DNA from: Anaerolineae bacterium
GTDB lineage: Bacteria; Chloroflexota; Anaerolineae; Aggregatilineales; Phototrophicaceae
NCBI GenBank assembly: GCA_022843745.1
Contig: JALHNB010000002.1
Span: 224,044-288,043 of the forward strand
Direction: 5' to 3'
Length of the DNA: 64,000 nt
Position numbers and translations under genes: made by a program. Below are positions 19,618 through 31,079 of the stretch, piece after piece. Every line of letters begins with the position of its first letter. Within the stretch, counting starts at the first letter, position 1. The notes beneath the pieces were generated by a model. It saw nothing but the letters and a program-made list of their open reading frames with translations. It was not told the origin of the DNA and did not search any database.

Positions 19618-20757
19618 TTATGCAGGGTCAGGCGGCAACTGTGGACACAACGGGCGGCGCTCATTTTCGGGAAGCTGTGGCTGGTCACTTGCAGGCAGGA
19701 ATGCACATGGCAGCGTATCCGGCGGCAGCGTATCACAGAATGGGCGCGTTTCGTCTGTGGATAATGGCTGCTCATTCGGGAATCGCCGGAAAACACACTG
19801 TAAGCGTTCTTCCAGTCGTTCGCGACCTGCACGCATCAGCCGAACGAGCGAACGTCGCGGCACATGATCGCACGATGGAAATGGTTCTTCGCCGCAGATG
19901 GGTTCGCCTGTGATGAGACGGCGCTGCAATTCGCGCATGTCCTGGCGTGTGAGGGGCTGGTTAATGTCGATTCGGCGCTCTAACAGGCGCAGTGGCAAAC
20001 CGCCTAACCGCCGCAGTTCATAAGGCTCTGGTACAAGACGGGCGTTACGATCCGCGCGGAGTTGGCGATCTATCGGCACATTGAGGCGTGTGCCAGCTAC
20101 AACAGGCACAACTTCGTCGGCTGAATCAACAAACGCCGAACCTTCGAGCGTGCTGATGGTCATATCGCCTTCAGCCTCAGCGCGGAACAGGACGGTTGAA
20201 CCCATACTGACATCCACACCATTCACATTGAAAGCCACTTCGCTCACGCCCTCTGGTGTCTGTACCAGCACACCGCTGGCAGGTGCTTCGTCACACTGCG
20301 CATCCTCGATGCCTGTGCGCAGCAAAAATGCCTGCATGGGCGTAAAATTATCTTCGCTATCTTCGGTCACGGCATTGGTGATTTCGACATCACCAAACAT
20401 CAAAAATGTTACATTCTGCCCCGGCAGCGATTCTGGTAGATTCGCCTGCAAGCGCATCAGGACTACGCCCCAGGTGTCGGCGGCTACATCCATGGGATTC
20501 AGACGCAGCGATTGGATAGTCGAGACATCCACCACGTCGCCAACCTGCTCAAATGTGAAATCGGCTGCCGATGGTTGGGCAACCGCGCTCAGGGCGACAT
20601 GACCGTAACACGCCTGATTGCGGCCTGTATCCGCGCACAACTCGTCAGCAGCGTCGAGCGCCGTCTGCACGATAGCAGGGCAGTCGCTTTGTGCGAGTGC
20701 TGCGGGAACAAAACAGAGGAGTACAAAGGTGATAACAGCGGATTTTAGTCGATTCAC
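19618..20757 (-). CDS. Secreted Cys-rich protein, paralog family member A
   Basis: Signal peptide, then a conserved module (QSDCPAIVQTALDAADELCADTGRNQACYG ... QSLRLN ... LQANLPESLPGQNVTFLMFGDVEITNA). It is about 80% nucleotide-identical in blocks to the gene at 20822-22003. Confidence 0.65.
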   Translation of the reverse strand: MNRLKSAVITFVLLCFVPAALAQSDCPAIVQTALDAADELCADTGRNQACYGHVALSAVAQPSAADFTFEQVGDVVDVSTIQSLRLNPMDVAADTWGVVLMRLQANLPESLPGQNVTFLMFGDVEITNAVTEDSEDNFTPMQAFLLRTGIEDAQCDEAPASGVLVQTPEGVSEVAFNVNGVDVSMGSTVLFRAEAEGDMTISTLEGSAFVDSADEVVPVVAGTRLNVPIDRQLRADRNARLVPEPYELRRLGGLPLRLLERRIDINQPLTRQDMRELQRRLITGEPICGEEPFPSCDHVPRRSLVRLMRAGRERLEERLQCVFRRFPNEQPLSTDETRPFCDTLPPDTLPCAFLPASDQPQLPENERRPLCPQLPPDPA

Positions 20758-20821
20758 AGTGCAAGCTCCTTAAGATGTTGCTTTATTATAGCTGGGGTAA
20801 AAATTCCCGCTTCGGAAGCGG

Positions 20822-22003
20822 CTATTCCCCATCGTCGTCACCGCCACCCGAATCGTCACCGCCACTGTCGTCACTTCCACCTTGATCCTGGTTGCCGTCG
20901 TCATCGCCGGAGTCGTCAGAACTGGTATCCTCGCTTTCTGGCTCTGTGTCAATATCGTCGCTGCCTTCATTGTTTTCTGTATCAACGGCTGGATCGCCTT
21001 CATCGTTTTCGGTGTCAATATCTGTATTGTCCTCATCAGTGGATGACTCGGGTTCGATCAATTCGTCATCATCTTCGGGAAATGCTGATTCGAGTTCGCC
21101 GCCGATTTCGACAGGTACTTCGTCACACGATGGCAGGAAATCCTCTCCACAAATCGGCTCACCGGATTCCATGCGTTTCAGAATATCGGCGATTTCATCC
21201 TCGTCCAGTGGGTCGGCGATTTCGATGTCGCGTTCCAATGAATCGAATTCCAGCGATTCGACAATTTCCATATCATAGGCTTCCGGGTCAGAAGGTTCGC
21301 CATCAGCCATCAGATCATCGTCCAGGGGGACACTGGCTTGCGTCCCGGCAATTACTGGAACAGTACGATTTTGAGCCTTCAATGCCGCAGCACCCTCAAT
21401 AGTACGCACTTTCATGCTGTCGCCCGCCTGCGCTTGGAAATAGACGGTTGAACCCATCGCTACTTCCACGCCGTTAACGTTAAAATTGATCGCGCCGACA
21501 CCTTTGGGGGTCTGGACGAGCAGACCACTTTGCGGGGCTTCCTCGCATTGGGAATCGCCCAGCCCTGTGCGCAGGATAAAAGCCTGCATGGGCGCAGCAT
21601 TTTCACCAGCAGCGTTTGTGATTTCGACATCACCAAACAGCAAAAATGTCACATTTTGCCCAGGTAGCGAATTGGGCAGGTTGGCTTGCAGCTTCATCAC
21701 CACCACGCCCCATTCCTGCGTCTCCTGATTCATGCCGTTGAGCCGCAAAGATTGAATGGCTCCCACGTCCGCCAGATCGCCCACCTGACTGAAATTAAAA
21801 TCGGCGATACCCGGCTGCGGCACCGCATTTAAGTTCACGTTGGCATAACAAGCCTGGTTGCGGCCTGTATTGACACACTGCTGATCGGCGGCTTGCTGCG
21901 CGGTTCGCACAATTTCCGGGCAGGCACCACTTTGCGCCAGCACCATTGGCCCAATACACAGCATCGCAAACAAAAATGCTACGGCTCTCATTTGCTTTAT
22001 CAT
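20822..22003 (-). CDS. Secreted Cys-rich protein, paralog family member B, with an acidic low-complexity tail
   Basis: Same N- and C-terminal modules as 19618-20757 (GEPICGEDFLPSCDEVP) plus a C-terminal D/E/S/G-rich tail of about 90 aa. Confidence 0.65.
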   Translation of the reverse strand: MIKQMRAVAFLFAMLCIGPMVLAQSGACPEIVRTAQQAADQQCVNTGRNQACYANVNLNAVPQPGIADFNFSQVGDLADVGAIQSLRLNGMNQETQEWGVVVMKLQANLPNSLPGQNVTFLLFGDVEITNAAGENAAPMQAFILRTGLGDSQCEEAPQSGLLVQTPKGVGAINFNVNGVEVAMGSTVYFQAQAGDSMKVRTIEGAAALKAQNRTVPVIAGTQASVPLDDDLMADGEPSDPEAYDMEIVESLEFDSLERDIEIADPLDEDEIADILKRMESGEPICGEDFLPSCDEVPVEIGGELESAFPEDDDELIEPESSTDEDNTDIDTENDEGDPAVDTENNEGSDDIDTEPESEDTSSDDSGDDDGNQDQGGSDDSGGDDSGGGDDDGE

Positions 22004-22065
22004 ATAACCTCAAAGGCGTCTTATTTTCTTTTTCTTTTACTTTACCAGCATGTTTGACTTTCTGC

Positions 22066-22815
22066 TTAAGAATCAGGCACAAGCAGGTAAAGTTCCATCG
22101 CCGTATTCGTCATCACCAAATCTTCGAGATTATGCTCTTCCCCAAGCCGTTCGGTGAGGATGGAATCCAACGTTGCAATCATCGCTGTAAAAAATTCTGT
22201 ACTCACGACCTGGACGTAAGCCTCCGGCGGTTCTGGCGCGTTGACCTGAATATCGCCAATCGAAATGGTCGCGAATGAACCCATGATCTGAATATCAACC
22301 ATCACTCGGCCTGTGATATAGGCTTCACCGCCCAGCGCCGTCAGTTCAACCTGGATGCCTTCTGGTACGAAATCGACTCGCGCCGCCTGAATAGAGGATA
22401 TATTTGCGATTTGCTGGTTAAGTTGTTCCTGAAATTGCGCTTCCGTGATCGTCACATCCGCGATCACCTGATCGGATTCTCCATTTGCCGAAGGTGTGAC
22501 TGTTGAGAAACGTGGTGCTTCCTGGGCGGCGGCTGTGCTGGTGGCAATCCCCGCTGCTGTAGGATCGAGCGCCTGTCGAGTTTGAGTCGGCTGTGGGGTA
22601 TCGGTTGGCGGCGGCGTTGATGTGAGGGTTGGCGCGGGTGTATCGCTGGGGCGCGGAGTCTCCGTGATGGTCGGGGTCATGCTGGGTTCGTCAGAGGGTG
22701 TCAAACTTGGCAGAACCGCCAGTGTGGGCAGTTCGAGCGTCGGTTGTGGCGCGGGTTGGCAGGCAGCGGCAATCACAATGACCGCGATCAATGGCAAAAA
22801 CCAAGTACGTCTCAT
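22066..22815 (-). CDS. Lipoprotein with a Pro/Thr-rich linker
   Basis: MRRTWFLPLIAVIVIAAAC lipobox; PT-rich spacer TPSDEPSMTPTITETPRPSDTPAPTLTSTPPPTDTPQPT. Start placed at MRRTW. Confidence 0.6.
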   Translation of the reverse strand: MRRTWFLPLIAVIVIAAACQPAPQPTLELPTLAVLPSLTPSDEPSMTPTITETPRPSDTPAPTLTSTPPPTDTPQPTQTRQALDPTAAGIATSTAAAQEAPRFSTVTPSANGESDQVIADVTITEAQFQEQLNQQIANISSIQAARVDFVPEGIQVELTALGGEAYITGRVMVDIQIMGSFATISIGDIQVNAPEPPEAYVQVVSTEFFTAMIATLDSILTERLGEEHNLEDLVMTNTAMELYLLVPDS

Positions 22816-22832
22816 AACATCATTCTCCACTT

Positions 22833-22880
22833 GCGGCAATAAAAAGGACACTCAAGCCCTTATGCAGTATAAACCGCTTG
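22833..22880. other. Strong stem-loop between the E2 gene and the lipoprotein gene (possible terminator)
   Basis: aaaggacactcaagc ... gcttgaatgtccttt, a 13-15 bp inverted repeat. There is no clean U-tract. Confidence 0.3.
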
Positions 22881-22951
22881 AATGTCCTTTAGGTTATTGT
22901 CTTGCAGCTAAGTTGTTGTCCTGCTGCTTAGTTATTATCTTTCGAGCCGGA

Positions 22952-24298
22952 TTACGACCATTTTTCCAATGTTTGCTTGAGCGTGAGCATGAAGCCATCG
23001 CCTGCCGCGCCATCAGCGATACGATGATCGAAGGAGAGCGAAGCGTAGATACACGGGCGAATAGCAATCGCGTCATTGATGACTTTGACCCGTTTTTCCA
23101 TCACGCCGATGCCTAAAATTCCCGCCTGTGGCTGATTGATAATTGGCGTGGCGAACAGGCTGCCGCTGACACCATGATTGGTGATCGTGAACGTGCCACC
23201 CTGGGTTTCGTCGGCTTTCAGACGTTTTTCCCGCGCTCGTACCGCCAGATCGTTCACTGTCCGCGCTGTACCCATCAGATTCAAATCCTGCGCATTTTTG
23301 ATAACAGGTACGATGAGCCCGCCCTCAATAGCGACGGCGATTCCAATATGCGCGGCGTGATGCAGGAAAATGCCATCGCTGCGCCATTCCGCGTTGAGAT
23401 AGGGATTGGCACGCAGCGCCGCTACCGAAGCCGCTACGAAATAAGCCGTCAGCGTCAGATTCACCCCCAGCTTGGCAAAATTTGCTTTGTTGGCCTCGCG
23501 GTGTGCGACAACAGCCGACATATCAATTTCGAAAACAGTCGTCACATGCGGGGAAGTTTGTAACTGGCTGCGCACCATGTGTTCGGCGATCATCCGTCGC
23601 ATCGGTGTGAGCGCCACCAGTTCGCCGGGTGCGGCTTGCGGGATTGACTCGACAGGATGCACACGCTGCGGGGCAGGTGTTGGCGTTGTTTTTGGGGTTG
23701 TGTGCTCAATGGGCGCAGCACGCTGTTCCCCTATAGATGATTTTTCGGGAACATGATCTGAATAGTCTACGGTTGACTTGAATAAGCTGCCTTCGCCGGG
23801 CTGCTCCCAGGGTGAAAGTTCTACCGCCGGAGCCGCTTTGCGAACCTCGAGAAAGGCTTCAACATCCTGCTTGGTGACACGCCCGCCGCGACCACTGCCC
23901 TCAATTTTGGACAGATCGAGGTTGTGTTCAGCCGCCATTCGCGCAACCACAGGCGTGACGTGTCCGACGGTCTGGATTTTGGTAGCCGATCCGTTCGTAT
24001 CGCTGTGAGCCGTATGATGGGCGCTGGTTGGGGGATTATGCTGTGAAACAGATTCTCCCGGCTGACCGATGATCGCCAGCAGCGAACCAGCTTCTACCGT
24101 CTCGCCTTCGCCAACATAAATTTCCAGAACGACACCGGAAGCTGGCGCGGGGACTTCGGTGTCTACCTTATCCGTGCTGACTTCCAGCAGCGGTTCATAT
24201 TCGCGGATCGCTTCGCCTTGCTTTTTCAGCCATCGGCTGACCGTGCCTTCGACGACACTTTCGCCAAGCTTGGGCATAATCACATTCGTTTTCATCAA
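22952..24298 (-). CDS. 2-oxoacid dehydrogenase E2 (dihydrolipoamide acyltransferase)
   Basis: Lipoyl domain (MPKLGESVVEGTVSRW...EVSTDKVDTEV), an Ala/Pro linker, and a catalytic domain with DHRIADGA. Confidence 0.9.
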   Translation of the reverse strand: MMKTNVIMPKLGESVVEGTVSRWLKKQGEAIREYEPLLEVSTDKVDTEVPAPASGVVLEIYVGEGETVEAGSLLAIIGQPGESVSQHNPPTSAHHTAHSDTNGSATKIQTVGHVTPVVARMAAEHNLDLSKIEGSGRGGRVTKQDVEAFLEVRKAAPAVELSPWEQPGEGSLFKSTVDYSDHVPEKSSIGEQRAAPIEHTTPKTTPTPAPQRVHPVESIPQAAPGELVALTPMRRMIAEHMVRSQLQTSPHVTTVFEIDMSAVVAHREANKANFAKLGVNLTLTAYFVAASVAALRANPYLNAEWRSDGIFLHHAAHIGIAVAIEGGLIVPVIKNAQDLNLMGTARTVNDLAVRAREKRLKADETQGGTFTITNHGVSGSLFATPIINQPQAGILGIGVMEKRVKVINDAIAIRPCIYASLSFDHRIADGAAGDGFMLTLKQTLEKWS

Positions 24299-24304
24299 TC
24301 GTTC

Positions 24305-25291
24305 CTAATAAGCGGTCAAATCGCGAATTGCAGCGGCGATTTTATCCGGGTTCACCATAAAAAATTCCTGCATCGAGTGGCTGAACGGCATGGCAGGCAC
24401 ATCTGGCCCCGCCAGCCGCTTGACTGGCCCATCGAGAAATTCAAACGCTTCGTCGGCGATGATGGCCGCGACTTCTGCGCCATAGCCCATCGTCAGATTG
24501 TCCTCGTAGACGACGAGTGCCTTACCGGTTTTTTTCACCGAGTCGAGAATCGCCTGTTTATCGACGGGCAGCAGCGTCCGCAAATCGACCACTTCGGCAT
24601 CAATGCCATCTTCGCGGGCGACTTTTTCGGCGGCGATGACCGCATAATGCGCCATCATGCCATAGGCGAAAACCGAAATGTCACGGCCTTCCCGCGCGAT
24701 TCTCGCTGGGCCGATGGGTACGGTATAGTCAGTTTCCGGCACTTCGCCTTTGATCGCGCGATAGCCCTTCTTAGGCTCAAAAAACAGCACCGGATTGGGA
24801 TCACGAACAGCGCTTTTGAGCAGACCTTTGGCATCGTGCGGCGTAGAGGGGATGACGACTTTTAAACCGGGAACATGGGCGAAAAATGACTCAACGCTCT
24901 GGCTGTGATACAACCCACCACCGATTCCGCCGCCATAGGGGGTGCGGATCGTCAGTGGGACACGCCATTGACCGTCGGATCGGTAATAAGTTTTTGCTGC
25001 TTCGTTGACGATCTGGTTGAAGGCAGGGTGAATGTAATCCGCGAATTGGATTTCGCAAATGGGACGCAGCTCCGCCATTGCCGCTCCGATGCCTATCGCG
25101 ACAATGGATAATTCTGCCAATGGCGAGTCGATGACGCGGGTCGCGCCGTATTTTTCGTATAATCCCTGGGTCGCGCGGAAGACACCGCCGCGTTTTCCAA
25201 CATCCTCGCCTGTAATAAAGACACGCTCATCGCGGGCGAGTTCTTCGTCCATCGCCATGAGCAGTGCCTCAATGAGTGTCATATTTGCCAT
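24305..25291 (-). CDS. 2-oxoacid dehydrogenase E1 beta subunit
   Basis: Transketolase-like pyrimidine-binding and C-terminal domains; 328 aa. Confidence 0.9.
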   Translation of the reverse strand: MANMTLIEALLMAMDEELARDERVFITGEDVGKRGGVFRATQGLYEKYGATRVIDSPLAELSIVAIGIGAAMAELRPICEIQFADYIHPAFNQIVNEAAKTYYRSDGQWRVPLTIRTPYGGGIGGGLYHSQSVESFFAHVPGLKVVIPSTPHDAKGLLKSAVRDPNPVLFFEPKKGYRAIKGEVPETDYTVPIGPARIAREGRDISVFAYGMMAHYAVIAAEKVAREDGIDAEVVDLRTLLPVDKQAILDSVKKTGKALVVYEDNLTMGYGAEVAAIIADEAFEFLDGPVKRLAGPDVPAMPFSHSMQEFFMVNPDKIAAAIRDLTAY

Positions 25292-25294
25292 CGC

Positions 25295-26335
25295 TTAATC
25301 CTCCAGCGGCGCGTAGACATCGCCAAGTGTATCTTCAGGCGCTGGGGAGGGCGCGGCTTCGGCGGTCTTATGCGCGGCATCCACTTCATCACGCGCACGG
25401 GCTTCATAATCGTCAATCAAGGCTTGCGTCAGAATGCCTTCAGCCTGTAAATAGCTCTGGAATCGACTAATGGGGTCTTTTTTCTTCCATTCTTCGACTT
25501 CTTCGCGCGTCCGGTAGCTGCGATCATCATCATCCGACGAATGCGGTGTCATGCGATAAGTTTTGGCCTCGACGAGTGTCGCGCCGCCGCCGTTATAAGC
25601 GCGTTCAGCGGCTTCTTTCATCACGTCGTACATGGCTAAAACATCGTTACCATCCACTGTAACCCCGACAATACCATAAGCAGATGCGCGATCCGCGACA
25701 TTCTTCACAGCCATCTGCGACTGGATCGGCACGGAAATTGCGTAGACATTATTTTGAACGAGGCAGATCATGGGGAGATGATGCACACCTGCCCAATTCA
25801 ACCCTTCATGCCAATCCCCCTGACTGGTCGAGCCTTCGCCCAGGCAGGTCAGCGCGAGGCGCGGTTGGCTCGTATCCTTTGGATCAACCATACCCTGTGT
25901 CTGACGATATTTGATCGCGAAAGCGAGTCCCGATGTTTGTGGCACCTGGGAGGCCACAACCGACGAACCGCTGATAATATTCAGCCGATGGGAATTAAAA
26001 TGGCTGGGCATTTGTCGCCCGCCGCTGAAGGGATCGCCAACTTTGGCAAACAGCCCAAGCATAAAATCCAGCGCTGTCGTACCGATGGCTAAAGATAAGG
26101 CGAGATCACGATAGTAGGGGTTCACATAATCGACACCGCGATTGATCGCAAAGGCTGCACCGATTTGCGCCGCTTCGTGACCGATGGCGCTGACGTGAAA
26201 GGTGATTTTCCCCTGTCGATGGAGTACCCACGCGCGTTCATCCACGCGACGGCTGAGGAGCATCATCCAATACATTTCCAGCAGTGTCTCTTCGCTGAGT
26301 TGAGTTCTTGGCAATGCTAAAGTTTCAGTTGACAT
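25295..26335 (-). CDS. 2-oxoacid dehydrogenase E1 alpha subunit (TPP-dependent)
   Basis: TPP-binding motif GEGSTSQGDWHEGLNWA. 346 aa, immediately upstream of E1 beta and E2. Confidence 0.9.
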   Translation of the reverse strand: MSTETLALPRTQLSEETLLEMYWMMLLSRRVDERAWVLHRQGKITFHVSAIGHEAAQIGAAFAINRGVDYVNPYYRDLALSLAIGTTALDFMLGLFAKVGDPFSGGRQMPSHFNSHRLNIISGSSVVASQVPQTSGLAFAIKYRQTQGMVDPKDTSQPRLALTCLGEGSTSQGDWHEGLNWAGVHHLPMICLVQNNVYAISVPIQSQMAVKNVADRASAYGIVGVTVDGNDVLAMYDVMKEAAERAYNGGGATLVEAKTYRMTPHSSDDDDRSYRTREEVEEWKKKDPISRFQSYLQAEGILTQALIDDYEARARDEVDAAHKTAEAAPSPAPEDTLGDVYAPLED

Positions 26336-26531
26336 GCCTTAGCTCCCAGCGTTTTTTTATCATCTTAAAAAACATTCTCCATGTGAGGCATCAATTTTTG
26401 CTGATATTACCATGAATTTTAGGTACATAAAACAAACGTGAACCTAAAAATCCCGGCATTTTAGATAATTATCGATAAACGAAAACCCCCGCACAGGCGA
26501 GGGCATTGCATATTTCGATCACAAATTCAGG

Positions 26532-28565
<2,034 letters not shown>

Positions 28566-28782
28566 AATAACAATCCTTGTTTATTGTCAGTAGGGGCGAC
28601 TCGTCCCGTAAGAATTTCCTGCGGTCACGGGGTCGCCCCTACCATCTATGCAAAGCTTTAATTCTTTAACGTAGTTTACCATCGAGCCGGGAAAAGGCCA
28701 AAATAAACCGCGCCAGGTAAGATTATAATTTATTAACGCTTCCAAATGAGTATGATCGAAATTTTAGGTAACGGAGTCGATT

Positions 28783-29385
28783 GTGCCCATTAATTTTGCC
28801 CCTCTGCTGCGGAACGAAGTCAAAGCGATTGAATTTGCGAAAAACCTCACGGTTGATGACCTGAGAATTGCGACCAATGCCAGCATTGATCTGATGCTCG
28901 ATTTAATCAAGGACCTGGATGATGCCGCCATGACATTCGATCCGGTTGATCTGCTTGCCAACGATCCACACGCAGCGCCGGGTGAAGAACACATTGGCTG
29001 GAGCATCGCGCATCTCATCGCGCACGTGACCGCCAGCAGCGAAGAAGGGGCAGCTTACAGTTCGATTCTGGCGCGTGGCATTGTCTACCCCGCCGCGCCC
29101 CGTTTGCGCTATGAGACTCCCTGGCGCGACATCAAAACCAAGAAGCACTGCATTCAGCGTTTAGAAGAAAGCCGCCGGATGCGCCTGGCTTGCCTGGATA
29201 TGTGGCCGGACACACCGCATCTGGATGTGCTGCGCGAACTTTCGCCGCGCTATATTGAAAATAATGGCGAAGTCAACGCGCCTGCCGCTTTCTTAGGTGG
29301 ATTGAAGCATGAACTGGCGCATCATGACCAGATGCGTGATGTCGTCCGGCAGGTTCACGCTTCCACCGAAGCCGCAGCGGACTAG
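28783..29385 (+). CDS. DinB/YfiT-like metal-dependent hydrolase-fold protein
   Basis: His clusters (HIGWSIAHLIAHV, HELAHHDQ) compatible with the DinB_2 family. Confidence 0.45.
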   Translation: MPINFAPLLRNEVKAIEFAKNLTVDDLRIATNASIDLMLDLIKDLDDAAMTFDPVDLLANDPHAAPGEEHIGWSIAHLIAHVTASSEEGAAYSSILARGIVYPAAPRLRYETPWRDIKTKKHCIQRLEESRRMRLACLDMWPDTPHLDVLRELSPRYIENNGEVNAPAAFLGGLKHELAHHDQMRDVVRQVHASTEAAAD

Positions 29386-29448
29386 TTGCAAACCATACGT
29401 CTATTTTTCGTGATGGCAGACTAGTTGCAATCCCTACGCCTATCTTTT
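29379..29448 (+). repeat. 40-bp-period direct repeat (2 copies); the second copy carries the hisS promoter
   Basis: ggactagttgcaaaccatacgtctattttt and agactagttgcaatccctacgcctatctttt. Copy 2 gives TTGCAA-17-TATACT (29425-29453). Confidence 0.55.
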
Positions 29449-29543
29449 ATACTATAGGCTATTAAATCTGAATGGCTGAAATCATGTTAACGCATCATCA
29501 TTTCAAACCGGATCGCTGAACCAACGCCGAATTTGATATTTCA

Positions 29544-29571
29544 AAGCGCGGACGCTGGTTCGCGCTTTTTT
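29544..29571 (+). promoter_or_regulatory. Terminator-like hairpin immediately upstream of the hisS RBS (possible attenuator)
   Basis: aagcgcg-gacgctggtt-cgcgctt followed by ttttt, about 20 nt before the GAGGAG RBS. Confidence 0.4.
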
Positions 29572-29598
29572 ATTTCTGGAAAGAGGAGAGAAAACAAC

Positions 29599-30939
29599 AT
29601 GCCCGAACCCAAAATTAAACCCCGCCTGCCCAAAGGGATGCGCGACTTTTTGCCGCAGGAAATGCTCAAGCGCGAGCATGTTTTTAGTGTGGTGCGGGAA
29701 GTTTTTCATCTTTACGGTTTCGAGCCGCTCCAAACGCCCGTATTGGAACTGACCGAAACGCTGATGGGCAAATATGGCGAGGATGCCGAAAAATTGATTT
29801 TTAACGCCCAGCACCCCGGCGGTAAAGAAGAACTGTCACTGCGCTATGACCTGACCGTACCGCTGGCGCGTGTCGTTGGGCAGTATCAGAACGAGATCAC
29901 GCTGCCCTTTAAGCGTTACCAGCTTTCTCCGGTATGGCGTGCGGAACGTCCGCAACGGGGCCGTTATCGCGAATTTTATCAGTGTGATGCCGACATTGTG
30001 GGCATCAAGGATATGAGCGCCGATGCGGAAATTCTGGGCGTGATCGTGACCGCACTCAAGCGATTGGGCTTTCTTCAGTTCAATGTGAAGATCAACAACC
30101 GTAAGCTGCTGACAGGTATGGGGCAGTTTTCCGGCGTGCCGGATTCGCAACTTGGCGATCTCTATCGCAGCGTCGATAAGTTCGACAAGATCGGCGCGGA
30201 CGGCGTAAAAGGCGAACTTTTGACGCGCGGCATCGACAATGAAGCCATCGGTCGCATGATGGACTTGATTCAGTCGCGCCAGGAAGGGCTGGAAAACCTT
30301 GATTATTTACAGTCTGTCATGGGCGATATTCCGGCGGCGGCAGAAGGCATCCGCGAACTGCGCGAACTGGCGGGACATCTTTCGGCGGCCTACATTTCGA
30401 TGGAAAATTATGAGTTCGATTTTACAATGGTGCGTGGCCTCGGCTACTACACTGGGCCGATTTTCGAGACGGTTATCACCGAGCCGAACCTGGGCAGCGT
30501 GACGGGCGGTGGGCGCTACGATAATCTGATCGGCCTGTTCCGCAAAGACAGCCTGCCAACTACCGGCACATCACTCGGCATCGAGCGTATTATCGACCTG
30601 ATGAGCGAATTGAATCTGTATCCCGCGCACCTGGGCGGGACAGTTGTGCAATTGCTGGTCACTGTTTTTGGCGACGAGACACGCATCGAATCGACGAAAC
30701 TTGCTGCTGAACTTCGGGCGCAGGGTGTCCGCACTGAGTTATACATGGAGGACAAGAATCTCGGCAAACAGTTCCAGCACGCCGATAAAAAAGGCATTCC
30801 GCTGGTGGCGATTCTCGGCACAGACGAGATTTACCAGGGTGTCGTCAAGCTCAAACGGCTGAAAGATGGTGAGGAAGTGAGTGTTGAACGCGGTGCTGCC
30901 GCTGAAACAATCCAGACCTTGTTAGAGCAGCCGATATAG
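29599..30939 (+). CDS. hisS: Histidine--tRNA ligase
   Basis: Class II aaRS motifs (LPKGMRDFLP, FKRYQLSPVWRAERPQRGRYREFYQCD, GGRYD) and a C-terminal anticodon-binding domain. Confidence 0.9.
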   Translation: MPEPKIKPRLPKGMRDFLPQEMLKREHVFSVVREVFHLYGFEPLQTPVLELTETLMGKYGEDAEKLIFNAQHPGGKEELSLRYDLTVPLARVVGQYQNEITLPFKRYQLSPVWRAERPQRGRYREFYQCDADIVGIKDMSADAEILGVIVTALKRLGFLQFNVKINNRKLLTGMGQFSGVPDSQLGDLYRSVDKFDKIGADGVKGELLTRGIDNEAIGRMMDLIQSRQEGLENLDYLQSVMGDIPAAAEGIRELRELAGHLSAAYISMENYEFDFTMVRGLGYYTGPIFETVITEPNLGSVTGGGRYDNLIGLFRKDSLPTTGTSLGIERIIDLMSELNLYPAHLGGTVVQLLVTVFGDETRIESTKLAAELRAQGVRTELYMEDKNLGKQFQHADKKGIPLVAILGTDEIYQGVVKLKRLKDGEEVSVERGAAAETIQTLLEQPI

Positions 30940-30974
30940 CGTTTATAATTACAATTCGGATAACGAGGTTACAG

Positions 30975-31006
30975 CGTCCCCCCCAATCTGTGGGGGGATT
31001 TTCGTT
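30975..31006 (+). terminator. Rho-independent terminator after hisS
   Basis: gtccccccc-aatc-tggggggat followed by tttcg. Confidence 0.55.
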
Positions 31007-31079
31007 GTATAGGCGGGTGTATGATGACACTTGTCGAGTAGTAGGGGGCAATCTCGCATCCCGAAGGGTGAAAGAAATT

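Noticed and set aside
29379-29448. Possible CRISPR array (about 30-nt direct repeats)
   Set aside because: There are only two copies separated by about 10 nt, with no spacer-sized intervals. It fits a duplicated promoter region better.
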